The notes under the pieces: model-generated | Seen by the model: the letters and a program-made list of their open reading frames with translations, nothing else | Told to the model about the DNA's origin: nothing | Databases searched by the model: none | Source of the DNA: an uncultured Gammaproteobacteria bacterium | Lineage (GTDB): Bacteria > Patescibacteriota > Microgenomatia > Levybacterales > GWA1-39-11 | NCBI GenBank assembly: GCA_964651815.1 | Contig: CAZYWG010000002.1 | Span: forward strand, 92,522 to 156,521 | Direction: 5' to 3' | Length of the DNA stretch: 64,000 bases | Made by a program: the position numbers and the translations under genes | Part shown: in pieces, positions 37,555 to 47,482 of the stretch | Position numbering within the stretch: position 1 is the first letter of the stretch | Layout of the letters: each line of letters starts with the position of its first letter

Positions 37555-39639
37555 ATGAAAACGCTAATACTTGTTGAATCACCAACCAAAGCAAAAACTT
37601 TATCGCGCTTTCTAGGTGATAAATATTCAATTGAGGCTTCTATGGGTCACATTAGGGACTTGCCAAAAGGTACATTTGGTGTTGATATTGAACATAACTT
37701 TGAACCAAAGTACGTTATCCCTAAAGATAAAAGAAAGACTATCGAAACTTTGAAAGAAAATGCAAAAGGAGCCGAACGTATAATTTTGGCGACTGACCCT
37801 GACCGTGAAGGCGAAGCTATTTCATTTCACTTGAAAGAGGTTCTATCTGAAGAAAACAAAAATACCAAATTTGAAAGAATAGTTTTCCATGAAATAACCC
37901 CACGCGCAATAAATGAAGCGCTTGAACATCCAAAAGAAATTGATATGAATTTGGTCGCGGCACAAACAGGACGTAGAATTTTGGACCGAGTCGTCGGATA
38001 CAAACTTTCACCAATTCTTTGGGCGAAAATTAAAAAAGGACTCTCGGCGGGACGCGTTCAATCTATTGCTCTGCGTCTTGTTGTTGAAAGAGAACGCGAG
38101 ATAGGAAGTTTTAAGACATTTGATTTTTATCGAGTTTTTGTTGTATTAAATAAAAAAGATGACAAAAAACCTATCACTTTTGAGCTTGTTAAAGTAAATG
38201 GTGAACCTGTTGAAAAAACAAACACATTAAACTTATACGACGGTGACTATAAATACGCGCAAACCCAGCTTTCTGGTACAGACGCTGAAAGTATAAAAAA
38301 AGATCTGGAGGGAAAAATATTTAAGGTAACGGATGTTACACAAAAGGAAAACAAAAGATCACCTTACCCACCATTTACTACCTCGCTCCTGCAAATTGAA
38401 GCGTCACGCCGTTTTGGTTATCCAAGCAAAAGGACAATGAGTCTTGCGCAGCGACTTTACGAAGAAGGTTTTATAACGTACCACAGAACGGATTCTTATA
38501 ATTTATCTAACGATTTCATTAGTGCTGCACGCGTTTATATTGAAAAAAACTATGGAAAAAAATATTTGCCTGAAGCGCCAAGAATATTTCACACAAAATC
38601 AAAGCTTGCGCAAGAAGCTCATGAAGCAATTAGACCCACCAATTTAACTGAAGACGGTACTAATGTCACTGCAAAGCTTGGTAACGACTTCGCGAAGCTG
38701 TATAACCTTATATATAAGCGGGCTCTGGCAACGCAGATGAGTGATGCCGTATTCCTTTCAACCCGTGTTGACGTTGAGGCTAAGTCTGATAAGACCTATT
38801 TGTTTGCTGCAAACGGACGTGTCATGAAGTTTGACGGATTTTTGAAACTTTGGTTTTATGAAGACCCAGAACAATTAATTCCTGGGCTCGCGAGTGGTGA
38901 ACAACTTGACCTTTCGGAAATTAATCTTACAGAACATAAAACCAGTCCTCCACCCCGTTATAATGAGGCTTCCCTTATTTCATCTCTTGAAAAACATGGT
39001 ATTGGCCGCCCATCAACTTATGCACCCATTATTACAACTATCACAAGCCGTTTTTATGTTGAAAAGGAGGAAAACAGATTTAAGCCGACTGAAATAGGAA
39101 CTCTCGTAAATGATTTTTTAGTAAAAAACTTTGCGGAAATTGACGATATTCCTTTCACCGCAAAAATGGAGGATCAACTTGATGATGTTGCAAATGGTAC
39201 TACCGACTGGGTCCCCGTTTTAAAAGATTTTTACGGGCCTTTTGAAAAAGAGTTAATAGCAGCGGAAGGGGAAAAGAAAATCACAATTGAGCCCGAAAAA
39301 ACAGGTGAAAAATGTCCCCTGGATGGAGGAGACGTTGTTATTAGAGTTGGTAGATTCGGAAAATTTAAAGCATGCGGTAATTTCCCTGCGTGCAAATTCA
39401 GAGAATCATTGGTTGAAGATTCCGGATTTTTGTGTCCAAGAGATGGTGGAAAGATGGTTTTGAAAAGGACTAAGCGTGGTAGAACATTTTATGGGTGTGG
39501 AAATTATCCAAAATGTGATTTTGCGGTTTGGACGCGTGCCCAACTTGAAAAAGACGCTGTCCCGGCAAACAAGGATCAAACCAAACCCAAAGAAGAAAAA
39601 CCCCAACCTGCCGTCGCGGCAAACGAACAAAGTTCATAA
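37555..39639 (+). CDS. topA: DNA topoisomerase I
   Basis: Toprim N-terminus (LILVESPTKAKT), an active-site Tyr region, and two C-terminal Zn-ribbon modules. Confidence 0.95.
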   Translation: MKTLILVESPTKAKTLSRFLGDKYSIEASMGHIRDLPKGTFGVDIEHNFEPKYVIPKDKRKTIETLKENAKGAERIILATDPDREGEAISFHLKEVLSEENKNTKFERIVFHEITPRAINEALEHPKEIDMNLVAAQTGRRILDRVVGYKLSPILWAKIKKGLSAGRVQSIALRLVVEREREIGSFKTFDFYRVFVVLNKKDDKKPITFELVKVNGEPVEKTNTLNLYDGDYKYAQTQLSGTDAESIKKDLEGKIFKVTDVTQKENKRSPYPPFTTSLLQIEASRRFGYPSKRTMSLAQRLYEEGFITYHRTDSYNLSNDFISAARVYIEKNYGKKYLPEAPRIFHTKSKLAQEAHEAIRPTNLTEDGTNVTAKLGNDFAKLYNLIYKRALATQMSDAVFLSTRVDVEAKSDKTYLFAANGRVMKFDGFLKLWFYEDPEQLIPGLASGEQLDLSEINLTEHKTSPPPRYNEASLISSLEKHGIGRPSTYAPIITTITSRFYVEKEENRFKPTEIGTLVNDFLVKNFAEIDDIPFTAKMEDQLDDVANGTTDWVPVLKDFYGPFEKELIAAEGEKKITIEPEKTGEKCPLDGGDVVIRVGRFGKFKACGNFPACKFRESLVEDSGFLCPRDGGKMVLKRTKRGRTFYGCGNYPKCDFAVWTRAQLEKDAVPANKDQTKPKEEKPQPAVAANEQSS

Positions 39640-39665
39640 AGCAATCTTTACAACCCAACATCAAC

Positions 39666-40199
39666 ATGAAGCTGAATTCCACAAAACTTAGAAAAACCAA
39701 ATCCGGTGAACTAAATAATTCACTAATCAAAAAAAACGAAATTTATATAATCCTCGATAACGTCTTGGATACTTACAATGTTGGTGCGGTTTTTAGGCTT
39801 GCCGACGCAGTTGCTGCAAAAAAAATATTTCTTTGCGGTTACACTGAAACGCCTCCCAACACCAGAATTAAAAAGTCGTCAATAAATACAACTGAACTGA
39901 CCGAATGGCAACACTTTGACAAAACGGCAGATGCAATCTTAAGTCTTAAGTCTGAAGTCTCAGGTCTTAAAGTAATTGCAATCGAATTAGCGCCGAACAG
40001 CATTCCTTACACCGAAGCAAATTATAGCTTCCCAATTGCGCTAATAATTGGGAATGAAACCCATGGAATCTCTAAAGATGTTCTTAAACTCTGCGACCAA
40101 ATTGTGGAACTCCCAATGTTTGGAATAAACGTATCTTTAAACACAATGGTCTCCCTCGCAATTGTCCTCTATAAAAGTCTCGAGAAGAATTCAACTTAA
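39666..40199 (+). CDS. SpoU/TrmH-family RNA 2'-O-methyltransferase
   Basis: SPOUT motifs (LDNVLDTYNVGAVFRLADAV, IIGNETHGIS). Confidence 0.7.
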   Translation: MKLNSTKLRKTKSGELNNSLIKKNEIYIILDNVLDTYNVGAVFRLADAVAAKKIFLCGYTETPPNTRIKKSSINTTELTEWQHFDKTADAILSLKSEVSGLKVIAIELAPNSIPYTEANYSFPIALIIGNETHGISKDVLKLCDQIVELPMFGINVSLNTMVSLAIVLYKSLEKNST

Positions 40200-40676
40200 C
40201 CCCAACTGCTTTCTAATATAATCTTGTAATCCACCCGCTTTGAAATAGCTCATGATTTGATCTTTAGGAATCGTTAAGACATTACCAATTCTTTTTCTGC
40301 AATTTTTAGAACCGCATTTGCAATTCATCCACCAATTAATATCTTTTCCTACAGTAGATGAATAATCAAAAGTGATTTCTTCTCCTTTTTTAATATTTTT
40401 TATAGCTATCAGATTTACCTCTCCTGTAAATGCTGAATTAGGTGTGCAACTATGATTTATAAAATAAGCATTTCCACTCAAATCCAAAAAATCGCGGTCT
40501 CCAATTTGTAACGGATCGTCCTCATTTTCCTCCTTTGTATTATCAATTCTTCTATCAATTTCTTCTTTACTTACCCTTTCCCCCTCAAACCTTATAATTT
40601 GTGTTCCTCTTTTAATATCAAAAGGGGCAAAACTCCCATTGCCACCAACTTTCGATTCTTTAATTATCAAATTCAT
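40191..40676 (-). CDS. SET-domain protein: putative protein-lysine methyltransferase with a post-SET Cys cluster
   Basis: GNGSFA N-SET, NHSCTPN, EEITFDYS, and a post-SET CKCGSKNC. 161 aa. Confidence 0.8.
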   Translation of the reverse strand: MNLIIKESKVGGNGSFAPFDIKRGTQIIRFEGERVSKEEIDRRIDNTKEENEDDPLQIGDRDFLDLSGNAYFINHSCTPNSAFTGEVNLIAIKNIKKGEEITFDYSSTVGKDINWWMNCKCGSKNCRKRIGNVLTIPKDQIMSYFKAGGLQDYIRKQLGLS

Positions 40677-40721
40677 AAGTTTATTATAACAATTGCCTGC
40701 TTGTGGTAAAATGAGAACTCA

Positions 40722-41714
40722 ATGAATACAGACCTGCTCGTGATATCCACAATTCTAATTATTGGTTTTGGAATAGTTATCTATTTGGTTAACAAAAAAC
40801 AAAACTCCAAAGGTTCCGATACAGCCCTTGTTGAATGGATGAAATCAATGCAAACTTCTTTTGATGAAAACAATAAAACTATGCACTCATCTCTTAACAT
40901 GAATACTAAATCTCTCAACGATAGACTAGATAAGGCGGCACAAGTAATAGGCGCAGTACAAAAAAACATAGGCGAGATGTCCGAGATTGGACGTTCGATG
41001 CGGGATTTAAACGAATTCTTAAAAAGCCCAAAGCTCCGTGGAAATATGGGAGAGCATATCTTAAAAGAGCTACTTGGCCAAATGCTCCCAAAAGCGTCCT
41101 TTAATATGCAATACGCGTTTAAAAACGGCTCAATAGTAGATGCTGCAATAAAAACCGAGGCGGGAATTATTCCAATCGATTCAAAATTTCCAATGGAAAG
41201 TTTTAGGCTTATAAATAGCGCGGAAACGGAGTTAGAAAAAAAAGCGGCTGAAAAAGCGTTTCTGTCAGATATCAAAAAACACATTGATGACATTGCGAAG
41301 AAATATATTCTTCCAGCAGAAGGAACTATAGATTACGCCTTAATGTATGTTCCATCTGAATCTGTTTATTATGAAATTGTAAACAATTCTGCACTTTTTG
41401 ATTACTCTCAAAAATACAGGGTTTTACCCGTCTCGCCCATGACTTTTTATGCATATTTGCGTGCAATATTGATGGGTTTTGAAGGACAAAAAATAACTGC
41501 CCAAGCACAGAAAATTTTATCAGGTTTAAGAAGTATTCAGAAAGAATATGAAAAAGTTGGCGAAAATCTTGACACTTTAGGAAAACACGTTAACAACGCA
41601 GCAAATATGATGGGGCAAGTGGATGCGGGGTTTGGCAAACTTGGCGAAAAAATAAATTTAACAAACCAACTTGAAGAAGTACAAAAAGAGATGCTCACGG
41701 AAAAAGTAAATTAA
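40722..41714 (+). CDS. rmuC: DNA recombination protein RmuC
   Basis: N-terminal TM, coiled coil, and the RmuC core (IDYALMYVPSESVYYEIV). Confidence 0.75.
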   Translation: MNTDLLVISTILIIGFGIVIYLVNKKQNSKGSDTALVEWMKSMQTSFDENNKTMHSSLNMNTKSLNDRLDKAAQVIGAVQKNIGEMSEIGRSMRDLNEFLKSPKLRGNMGEHILKELLGQMLPKASFNMQYAFKNGSIVDAAIKTEAGIIPIDSKFPMESFRLINSAETELEKKAAEKAFLSDIKKHIDDIAKKYILPAEGTIDYALMYVPSESVYYEIVNNSALFDYSQKYRVLPVSPMTFYAYLRAILMGFEGQKITAQAQKILSGLRSIQKEYEKVGENLDTLGKHVNNAANMMGQVDAGFGKLGEKINLTNQLEEVQKEMLTEKVN

Positions 41715-41718
41715 CCTA

Positions 41719-44583
41719 ATGACACAAATCCTAAATGAAAAACAAAAAAAGGCAATAGAACATGAAAATGGCCCGCTTTTAATTATTGCCGGGGCCGGAA
41801 CAGGAAAAACAACTGTTATTACCGAGCGGATAAAGCATTTGATTGTTGACAAAAACATTCCACCGTCAAAAATTCTTGCCCTAACTTTCACTGATAAAGC
41901 GGCACATGAAATGCAGGAAAGAGTTGACGTACTACTTCCCTACGGATACACAAATTTATGGATTCATACCTTTCATGCTTTCTGCGATAGAATTTTGCGC
42001 GACGAAGCACACAACATAGGACTTGACCCCAATTATAAATTAATTTCGGAAGCTGAATCCGTTTTTCTTTTGAGAAAAAATGTTTTTGATTTGGGCCTTA
42101 ATTTATTTAAACCACTTGGTAATCCAACGAAATTTTTGGATGCTTTACTAACGCATTTTTCAAGATTAAAGGATGAAGATGTCACACCTATTGAATATAT
42201 AAAATGGGCGGAGGCTCAAAAAGAAATTGAGGATACGCAACAATATTTAGAACTTGCACGAGTCTATAAAAATTATGAAGATCTAAAAATTCGTGAAAGT
42301 TCCTGCGACTTTTCTGACCTTATTGCCAACACATTAAAGTTATTTAGGACAAGAAAAAATGTTTTAAAACGTTATCAAAACCAATTCAATTTTATTTTGG
42401 TTGATGAATTTCAGGACACAAATTTTGCTCAAAACGAGCTAGCGATTATGCTTGCTGGGGACGATAAAAATATTACTGTTGTGGCAGATGATGACCAATC
42501 AATTTATAGATTCAGGGGCGCTGCTGTATCAAATGTTTTACAATTTAACAAAAATTTTCCGGATTCTACTGTCATAACATTGACTGACAACTATAGATCG
42601 ACACAAATTATTTTGGACGCATCATACGGAATGATTCAAAATAATAATCCAAATAGGCTTGAGGTAGTTGAAAAAATTAATAAAAAACTTAAAAGCCATT
42701 CTACCGCACCCCAAAAAGAAATCGAATTAATTCATGAGATGCGCGCTGAAGATGAAGCAGATTCAATTGCCAAAAAAATAAAAGAGTTGACAGAAAAAAA
42801 ATATGAATTCAGAGATATCGCTATATTAGTAAGAGCGAATAATCATGCACAAGCAGCTGTTGCTGCACTTACAAGATACAGAATTCCTTATCAATTTTTA
42901 GGTCCCGGATATCTTTTTGCGCAGGAAGAAATAAAAGATTTAATTGGATATCTTACTTTTCTAACAAATTTGTCCGATTCTGTCTCGCTTTTCAGAGTTC
43001 TTTCAATGGAAATTTTTAAAATTCCATATATTGAGTTAAATTACCTTTTGAATTTTGCGAAGAAGAAAAACCTTATGCTTTTTGAGACTCTAGAAGACTT
43101 AAATCAACCTTTTTTAAAACCGGAAACGCAAGAGAAACTTACAAATTTTAAAAAAATGGTGGAGCGTCATCTTGGAAAAAGCAAAACAGAAACGGCGGGA
43201 CAAATTTTGTATTATTTTTTAGTCGACTCGGGCCTGTTTGAAACTCTTAACAAAACCGATTCTGTAAAAGAAGAGAAACGAGTCCAAAACATAGCAAAAT
43301 TTTTTGACAGAATTAAAAATTTTGAGCTTGAACGCCCGGATGCTAGTATCTTTAATCTGGTCGAATGGCTAAGCCTTATGTTGCAATTAGGAGATAGCCC
43401 AATGGCTGCTGATATTGACATGCGGCAGGAAAATGCTGTTAACATTTTAACAGTGCACGCTTCAAAAGGCCTTGAATTTAAAGTTGTATTCTTGATAAAC
43501 CTGGTTTCAGAACGCTTTCCTACAAGGGAAAGGAATGAAAAAATTATGATACCCGCAGCTCTCATTAAAGAATATTTGGCGGCTGACACCGATTTCCACC
43601 TTGAGGAAGAACGACGACTTTTTTACGTAGGAATGACGCGCGCAAAAGAACTGTTGTATTTTACCGCCGCAGATTATTATGGAACTGGTAAACGTGTAAA
43701 AAAACTTTCCCCGTTTATTTATGAAGCACTTCCTAAACTTATAGAAAATCAGGAAAAACGAAAAACAAAAATCCAACAATTATCTATTAATGAAGTTCTG
43801 GCGGCATACGAACCGCGTGAAGAAATAGAGGAACATAAACCCCCTCTAAAATTAAGCTATATCACTTATTCCAATCTTCAAATGTTTGACATCTGTCCGC
43901 TCCATTATAAAGCGAGAGCAATTTTTAATATCCCAACACCTCCAACTGCAGTCCAAAGCTTTGGAATTTCTCTTCATAATACTCTTTACAATTTTTATCG
44001 ACAGGTCCAAGAAAAAAAAGTCCCAGATTTAGCTGAACTTCTTGAAATTCTTAAAAAAGAATGGATTAGCGATGGATACCAAAATAAAAATCACGAAAAA
44101 GAAAGGTTTGACCAAGCAAAAAATGTACTTACCGAATTTTATAAAACCGAATGTAAAGTGCCTGTCAAACCGCTCGAACTTGAGCTGCCTTTTTCTTTTG
44201 CATTAAAAAACGGGGTTAAAGTTTTTGGAAAAATTGACAGGATTGACAAAAAAGGAGACGGAATTGAGATTATTGATTATAAAACCGGACAAGATAATCC
44301 CAAAGCCGCGTCTGCCCACAAACTTCAGCTTGCAATGTATGCACTTGCCGCAACACGAGTAAGAGATAACGTTTTAAATCGCGATCCAAAAGATATAACG
44401 CTTACCTTGCATTTTCTTGAAGGTAACACAAAAAAAACAATGAATTTTAAAAAGGAAGATTTGGATAATTTAGAAAATGATTTAATTGAAAAAATAGCGG
44501 AAATTGAAAAAAGTGATTTTAAATGTAGTAAGAATATTCTTTGTGTAAATTGCGAATATAGACTCCTCTGCAACACGAATTAA
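41719..44583 (+). CDS. UvrD/PcrA-family superfamily-1 helicase fused to a C-terminal PD-(D/E)XK nuclease domain with a 4-Cys (Cas4/AddB-like) cluster
   Basis: Walker A (AGAGTGKTT). C-terminal CPLHY ... GKIDRIDKKGDGIEIIDYKTG ... CSKNILCVNCEYRLLC. Confidence 0.8.
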   Translation: MTQILNEKQKKAIEHENGPLLIIAGAGTGKTTVITERIKHLIVDKNIPPSKILALTFTDKAAHEMQERVDVLLPYGYTNLWIHTFHAFCDRILRDEAHNIGLDPNYKLISEAESVFLLRKNVFDLGLNLFKPLGNPTKFLDALLTHFSRLKDEDVTPIEYIKWAEAQKEIEDTQQYLELARVYKNYEDLKIRESSCDFSDLIANTLKLFRTRKNVLKRYQNQFNFILVDEFQDTNFAQNELAIMLAGDDKNITVVADDDQSIYRFRGAAVSNVLQFNKNFPDSTVITLTDNYRSTQIILDASYGMIQNNNPNRLEVVEKINKKLKSHSTAPQKEIELIHEMRAEDEADSIAKKIKELTEKKYEFRDIAILVRANNHAQAAVAALTRYRIPYQFLGPGYLFAQEEIKDLIGYLTFLTNLSDSVSLFRVLSMEIFKIPYIELNYLLNFAKKKNLMLFETLEDLNQPFLKPETQEKLTNFKKMVERHLGKSKTETAGQILYYFLVDSGLFETLNKTDSVKEEKRVQNIAKFFDRIKNFELERPDASIFNLVEWLSLMLQLGDSPMAADIDMRQENAVNILTVHASKGLEFKVVFLINLVSERFPTRERNEKIMIPAALIKEYLAADTDFHLEEERRLFYVGMTRAKELLYFTAADYYGTGKRVKKLSPFIYEALPKLIENQEKRKTKIQQLSINEVLAAYEPREEIEEHKPPLKLSYITYSNLQMFDICPLHYKARAIFNIPTPPTAVQSFGISLHNTLYNFYRQVQEKKVPDLAELLEILKKEWISDGYQNKNHEKERFDQAKNVLTEFYKTECKVPVKPLELELPFSFALKNGVKVFGKIDRIDKKGDGIEIIDYKTGQDNPKAASAHKLQLAMYALAATRVRDNVLNRDPKDITLTLHFLEGNTKKTMNFKKEDLDNLENDLIEKIAEIEKSDFKCSKNILCVNCEYRLLCNTN

Positions 44584-44603
44584 TCTTTGCTATACTCACA
44601 CTT

Positions 44604-45185
44604 ATGATAAAGGCAATAATTTTTGACTGGCACGGAGTTTTAGATAGAGTTACTTCTGCTGGGTTTGTTGAAATCCTAAAAGGGAAAACTCGTGTTAGTG
44701 AGAGTAAAATATTAGAAGTTTATAAAGACTTAGATAAAAAAAGAGTTATTGGGAAAATTAATCAAAAAGAATTTATAGATGAATTAACAAGAAAACTTAA
44801 TACTGAGCAAACAATTATCCAAAAAGCTGTAGACTATGTAGATACTGCGGATTTAGATAATGCAGTGTGGGATATTCTAAAAAAGCTAAAAACAAAGTTT
44901 AAAATAGCTCTTCTCACTGATTCCTCAACAGCAAAAGCAGATTACATTAAAAAGCTCGACAAACTTGATTTATTTGATGTAAAGATCTTTTCATCCGATG
45001 AAGAAATGTCTAAAGAAAATCCGGATTTTTTCTTACTTGCTAGCCAAGCTTTAGGTGAAAACCCACAAAACATTCTACATATTGAGGATAATCCAAAAAG
45101 CATCGAGACCGCAAAAAAACTTGGTTTCCAAACCCATCTGTTCAAAAACGCCGAAGAGCTTAATAACTATCTACGAGGGATTTAA
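44604..45185 (+). CDS. HAD-superfamily hydrolase
   Basis: IIFDWHGVLD motif I and a KLGF..H motif III region. Confidence 0.6.
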   Translation: MIKAIIFDWHGVLDRVTSAGFVEILKGKTRVSESKILEVYKDLDKKRVIGKINQKEFIDELTRKLNTEQTIIQKAVDYVDTADLDNAVWDILKKLKTKFKIALLTDSSTAKADYIKKLDKLDLFDVKIFSSDEEMSKENPDFFLLASQALGENPQNILHIEDNPKSIETAKKLGFQTHLFKNAEELNNYLRGI

Positions 45186-45188
45186 ATT

Positions 45189-45619
45189 TGCCAGGAAGAG
45201 AGTAAGCCAGATTCTGTTCTGCACGCTATCGCGCTTGACTGTCATCTATCTAAGTGTCGATAAATTTCTCGACTCTTCCTCGACTTTACGAGGTGCCCTA
45301 AACCTTGGTTCTCTCGTAATGCAGATGGTAACGAACCAAATTCGTAGGTTGCAGCGGGTAGGATTTCCTTTACTCAGCACCGCTATGATGCTGAGCGTTT
45401 CACTTTCCGTCCATATCTTGCGACTTAGGACTTATTCGTCACTGTGGATCTCCCTTTGAGTAAACTCTCGCAGGGTGTTCGTTTCTTTCGAATTGAACCA
45501 CTGGAATTCACATTCTGGGACTTACGTCCCATCCCCGGCATTACACCTGTCTGGACTTTCCTCACTGAAAAGATTGTTTTGAACAACTTTTCAGTGCGAC
45601 AATCCTTCTTCCTGGCTTA
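45189..45619 (-). ncRNA. rnpB: RNase P RNA (bacterial type). The ORF-track ORFs at 45055-45459 and 45444-45632 are spurious.
   Basis: Minus strand has a P1 helix (CCAGGAAGA pairing with TCTTCCTGG), a P3 hairpin (cactgaaaag...cttttcagtg), GAGGAAAGTCCAGACAGG and ACAGGTGTAATGCCGGGG (P4/P5 region), and ACAGAATCTGGCTTAC (the 3' P4 strand). The region is GC-enriched relative to its surroundings. Confidence 0.85.
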
Positions 45620-45659
45620 CATATTATATTAAATTCCGCTTGTAACTTCAAGAAAAAGA

Positions 45660-46616
45660 TCAAAAATTTTGATCAATTAGCCTCGCGCTTGACTTTTCTG
45701 GGTCAGATTCTTCCACATTGAATAGGTGAATATTAGGATTTTTACGAATCCATGCAAGCTGCTCCTTTGCTAAATGGTATTCAGAAAGCCTCCACTTTTC
45801 TATTGCTGTATCAAGATCTATTTTACCCTGAAAATATTCAAACAATTGTTTAAAACCGTGTGTATTTTTTATTTGATCTGAAAGTTTATTGTAATCATTA
45901 AATAAATTTCTTGCTTCGGCAATAGCTCCTTGTTTTAAGCGTTTCTCGAGTCTTGTATCTATTTTCATTTTTAGAAATTCATAAGAAGCAGTAAGACCTA
46001 TCATTAATACTTCACTTTCTTCGAAAAGAGGTTCAATATTTTTTCCAAATTTATTTTTAGCGACCTCAATTGCCCTGACGAGTCTCCTTGGATTATTAAC
46101 GTCAGAATTATTCATATTTTTAAATTTTTGGGGATCCAACTTACTCAGTGTTTCTTGTAACTTTTCTATTGAATATTTTGTCAATTTTTTCCTTAATTTT
46201 AAATCTGGAGGAATGGATAAGGTATCTATTTTTTGTGTAAACGCGTTTATATAAAATCTTGTCCCCCCAACAATAATTGGCAGTTTATTTTTATCTATAC
46301 TTTCGAGAGTCAGCTTTACTTTATTCACATAATCGTAAACACTGAAGTCGTTTGTTGGTTCAACTACATCAATAAGATAAAGTGGGGTTTTATCAATAAT
46401 GTAATGATCAAAACTTGAATCCACTTTGGATATCTGCCGACTGGCAGGTAGATCTTTACCTGAAATTACATCAGTCCGGCGATACACCTGAACTGAATCT
46501 GCACCAATAATTACTGAAGGAATTTTTTTAGAGATTTTAAAAGCAAGGTCTGTTTTTCCAGAAGCCGTAGGACCTACAATGAATAATGCCTTTTTCACAT
46601 TGGAAGAAGCTGTCAT
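45660..46616 (-). CDS. miaA: tRNA dimethylallyltransferase
   Basis: P-loop GPTASGKT; 318 aa. Confidence 0.9.
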   Translation of the reverse strand: MTASSNVKKALFIVGPTASGKTDLAFKISKKIPSVIIGADSVQVYRRTDVISGKDLPASRQISKVDSSFDHYIIDKTPLYLIDVVEPTNDFSVYDYVNKVKLTLESIDKNKLPIIVGGTRFYINAFTQKIDTLSIPPDLKLRKKLTKYSIEKLQETLSKLDPQKFKNMNNSDVNNPRRLVRAIEVAKNKFGKNIEPLFEESEVLMIGLTASYEFLKMKIDTRLEKRLKQGAIAEARNLFNDYNKLSDQIKNTHGFKQLFEYFQGKIDLDTAIEKWRLSEYHLAKEQLAWIRKNPNIHLFNVEESDPEKSSARLIDQNF

Positions 46617-46689
46617 CGCGAGGACTCAAAGAGTCAGGGGTAATCTTTTATGATTTCTTGGCCATTTCACTCCCTCGCTATGACAATTA

Positions 46690-46968
46690 CTATTTTACAG
46701 CTTTCTTAAGACTTTTACCCGGTGTAAATCCTGGCGCTTTTCTTGCAGAAATTGTAATTGCCTCACCTGTTTTTGGATTCCTTCCCTTTCTAGCTTTTCT
46801 GGATCTAAGGGAAAATGTTCCGAAACCGGTTAATACAACCTTTTCGTCACGCTTCAATGAATCACGAATAGCGTTAAGAAAAACTTTGATTGCTTCTTTT
46901 GATGCTTTATTAGTAAGGTTAGCTTTTTTTGCCACTAGCTCAATAAGCTCTTTTTTTGTTACTGACAA
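46690..46968 (-). CDS. HU/IHF-family nucleoid-associated DNA-binding protein. Putative promoter: TTGACA at 47055-47060 and TACTGT at 47032-47037, both on the minus strand.
   Basis: GFGTFSLRSRKARKGRNPKTGE arm motif. AAGGTGG Shine-Dalgarno. Confidence 0.9.
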   Translation of the reverse strand: MSVTKKELIELVAKKANLTNKASKEAIKVFLNAIRDSLKRDEKVVLTGFGTFSLRSRKARKGRNPKTGEAITISARKAPGFTPGKSLKKAVK

Positions 46969-47079
46969 TTGTTGCTCACCACCTTTCTCATTAAAAATTT
47001 GAAGAAAACTAATTTAATTTGTATTGATTTAACAGTACAACTTAAAAAAGAGTTTGTCAATATATCGAAAAGTAGATTC

Positions 47080-47436
47080 TTAGTGTAAGTCCGTATATCG
47101 TTCAATTAGCCAGAGAATACCTACTCCAACCAACAATGCAACAAGCGAAGAAGATATTATGGGAAGAGCAGCAGATTCTTCCCAAATTCCTCTCCAGACA
47201 AGTATTATTGCGGTAGATACTATAAGCGTAAATACGAATTTATGCTTGGCAATTTTTCTTATTACACCTTTTTTTGTTTTTCCGAGATCTCTCAAAACAC
47301 TACTACTCTGAAGTAAGGTTTCAAATTGCTTACTTTCTAGAGTTTTTATCACAACTTTCTCTTCTTTTAAAAGTTTTTCTTCTGTCTTCTCTATTTTCTC
47401 TTCCTCTCTAAGAATTTTTCCTTCAACTTTATCCAT
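47080..47436 (-). CDS. Small coiled-coil protein with two C-terminal TM helices. Start set at MDKVEG to avoid overlapping rny.
   Basis: EKIEKTEEKLLKEEK coiled coil, then two hydrophobic helices. Confidence 0.4.
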   Translation of the reverse strand: MDKVEGKILREEEKIEKTEEKLLKEEKVVIKTLESKQFETLLQSSSVLRDLGKTKKGVIRKIAKHKFVFTLIVSTAIILVWRGIWEESAALPIISSSLVALLVGVGILWLIERYTDLH

Positions 47437-47482
47437 TATATTTAGAATATGATAATTATTTAGTGGAGTCAAACAATACAGT

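Noticed and set aside
45055-45632. ORF-track ORFs of 134 aa (+) and 62 aa (+) between the HAD gene and miaA
   Set aside because: They fall entirely within a structured RNA (RNase P RNA, minus strand); no coding signal.
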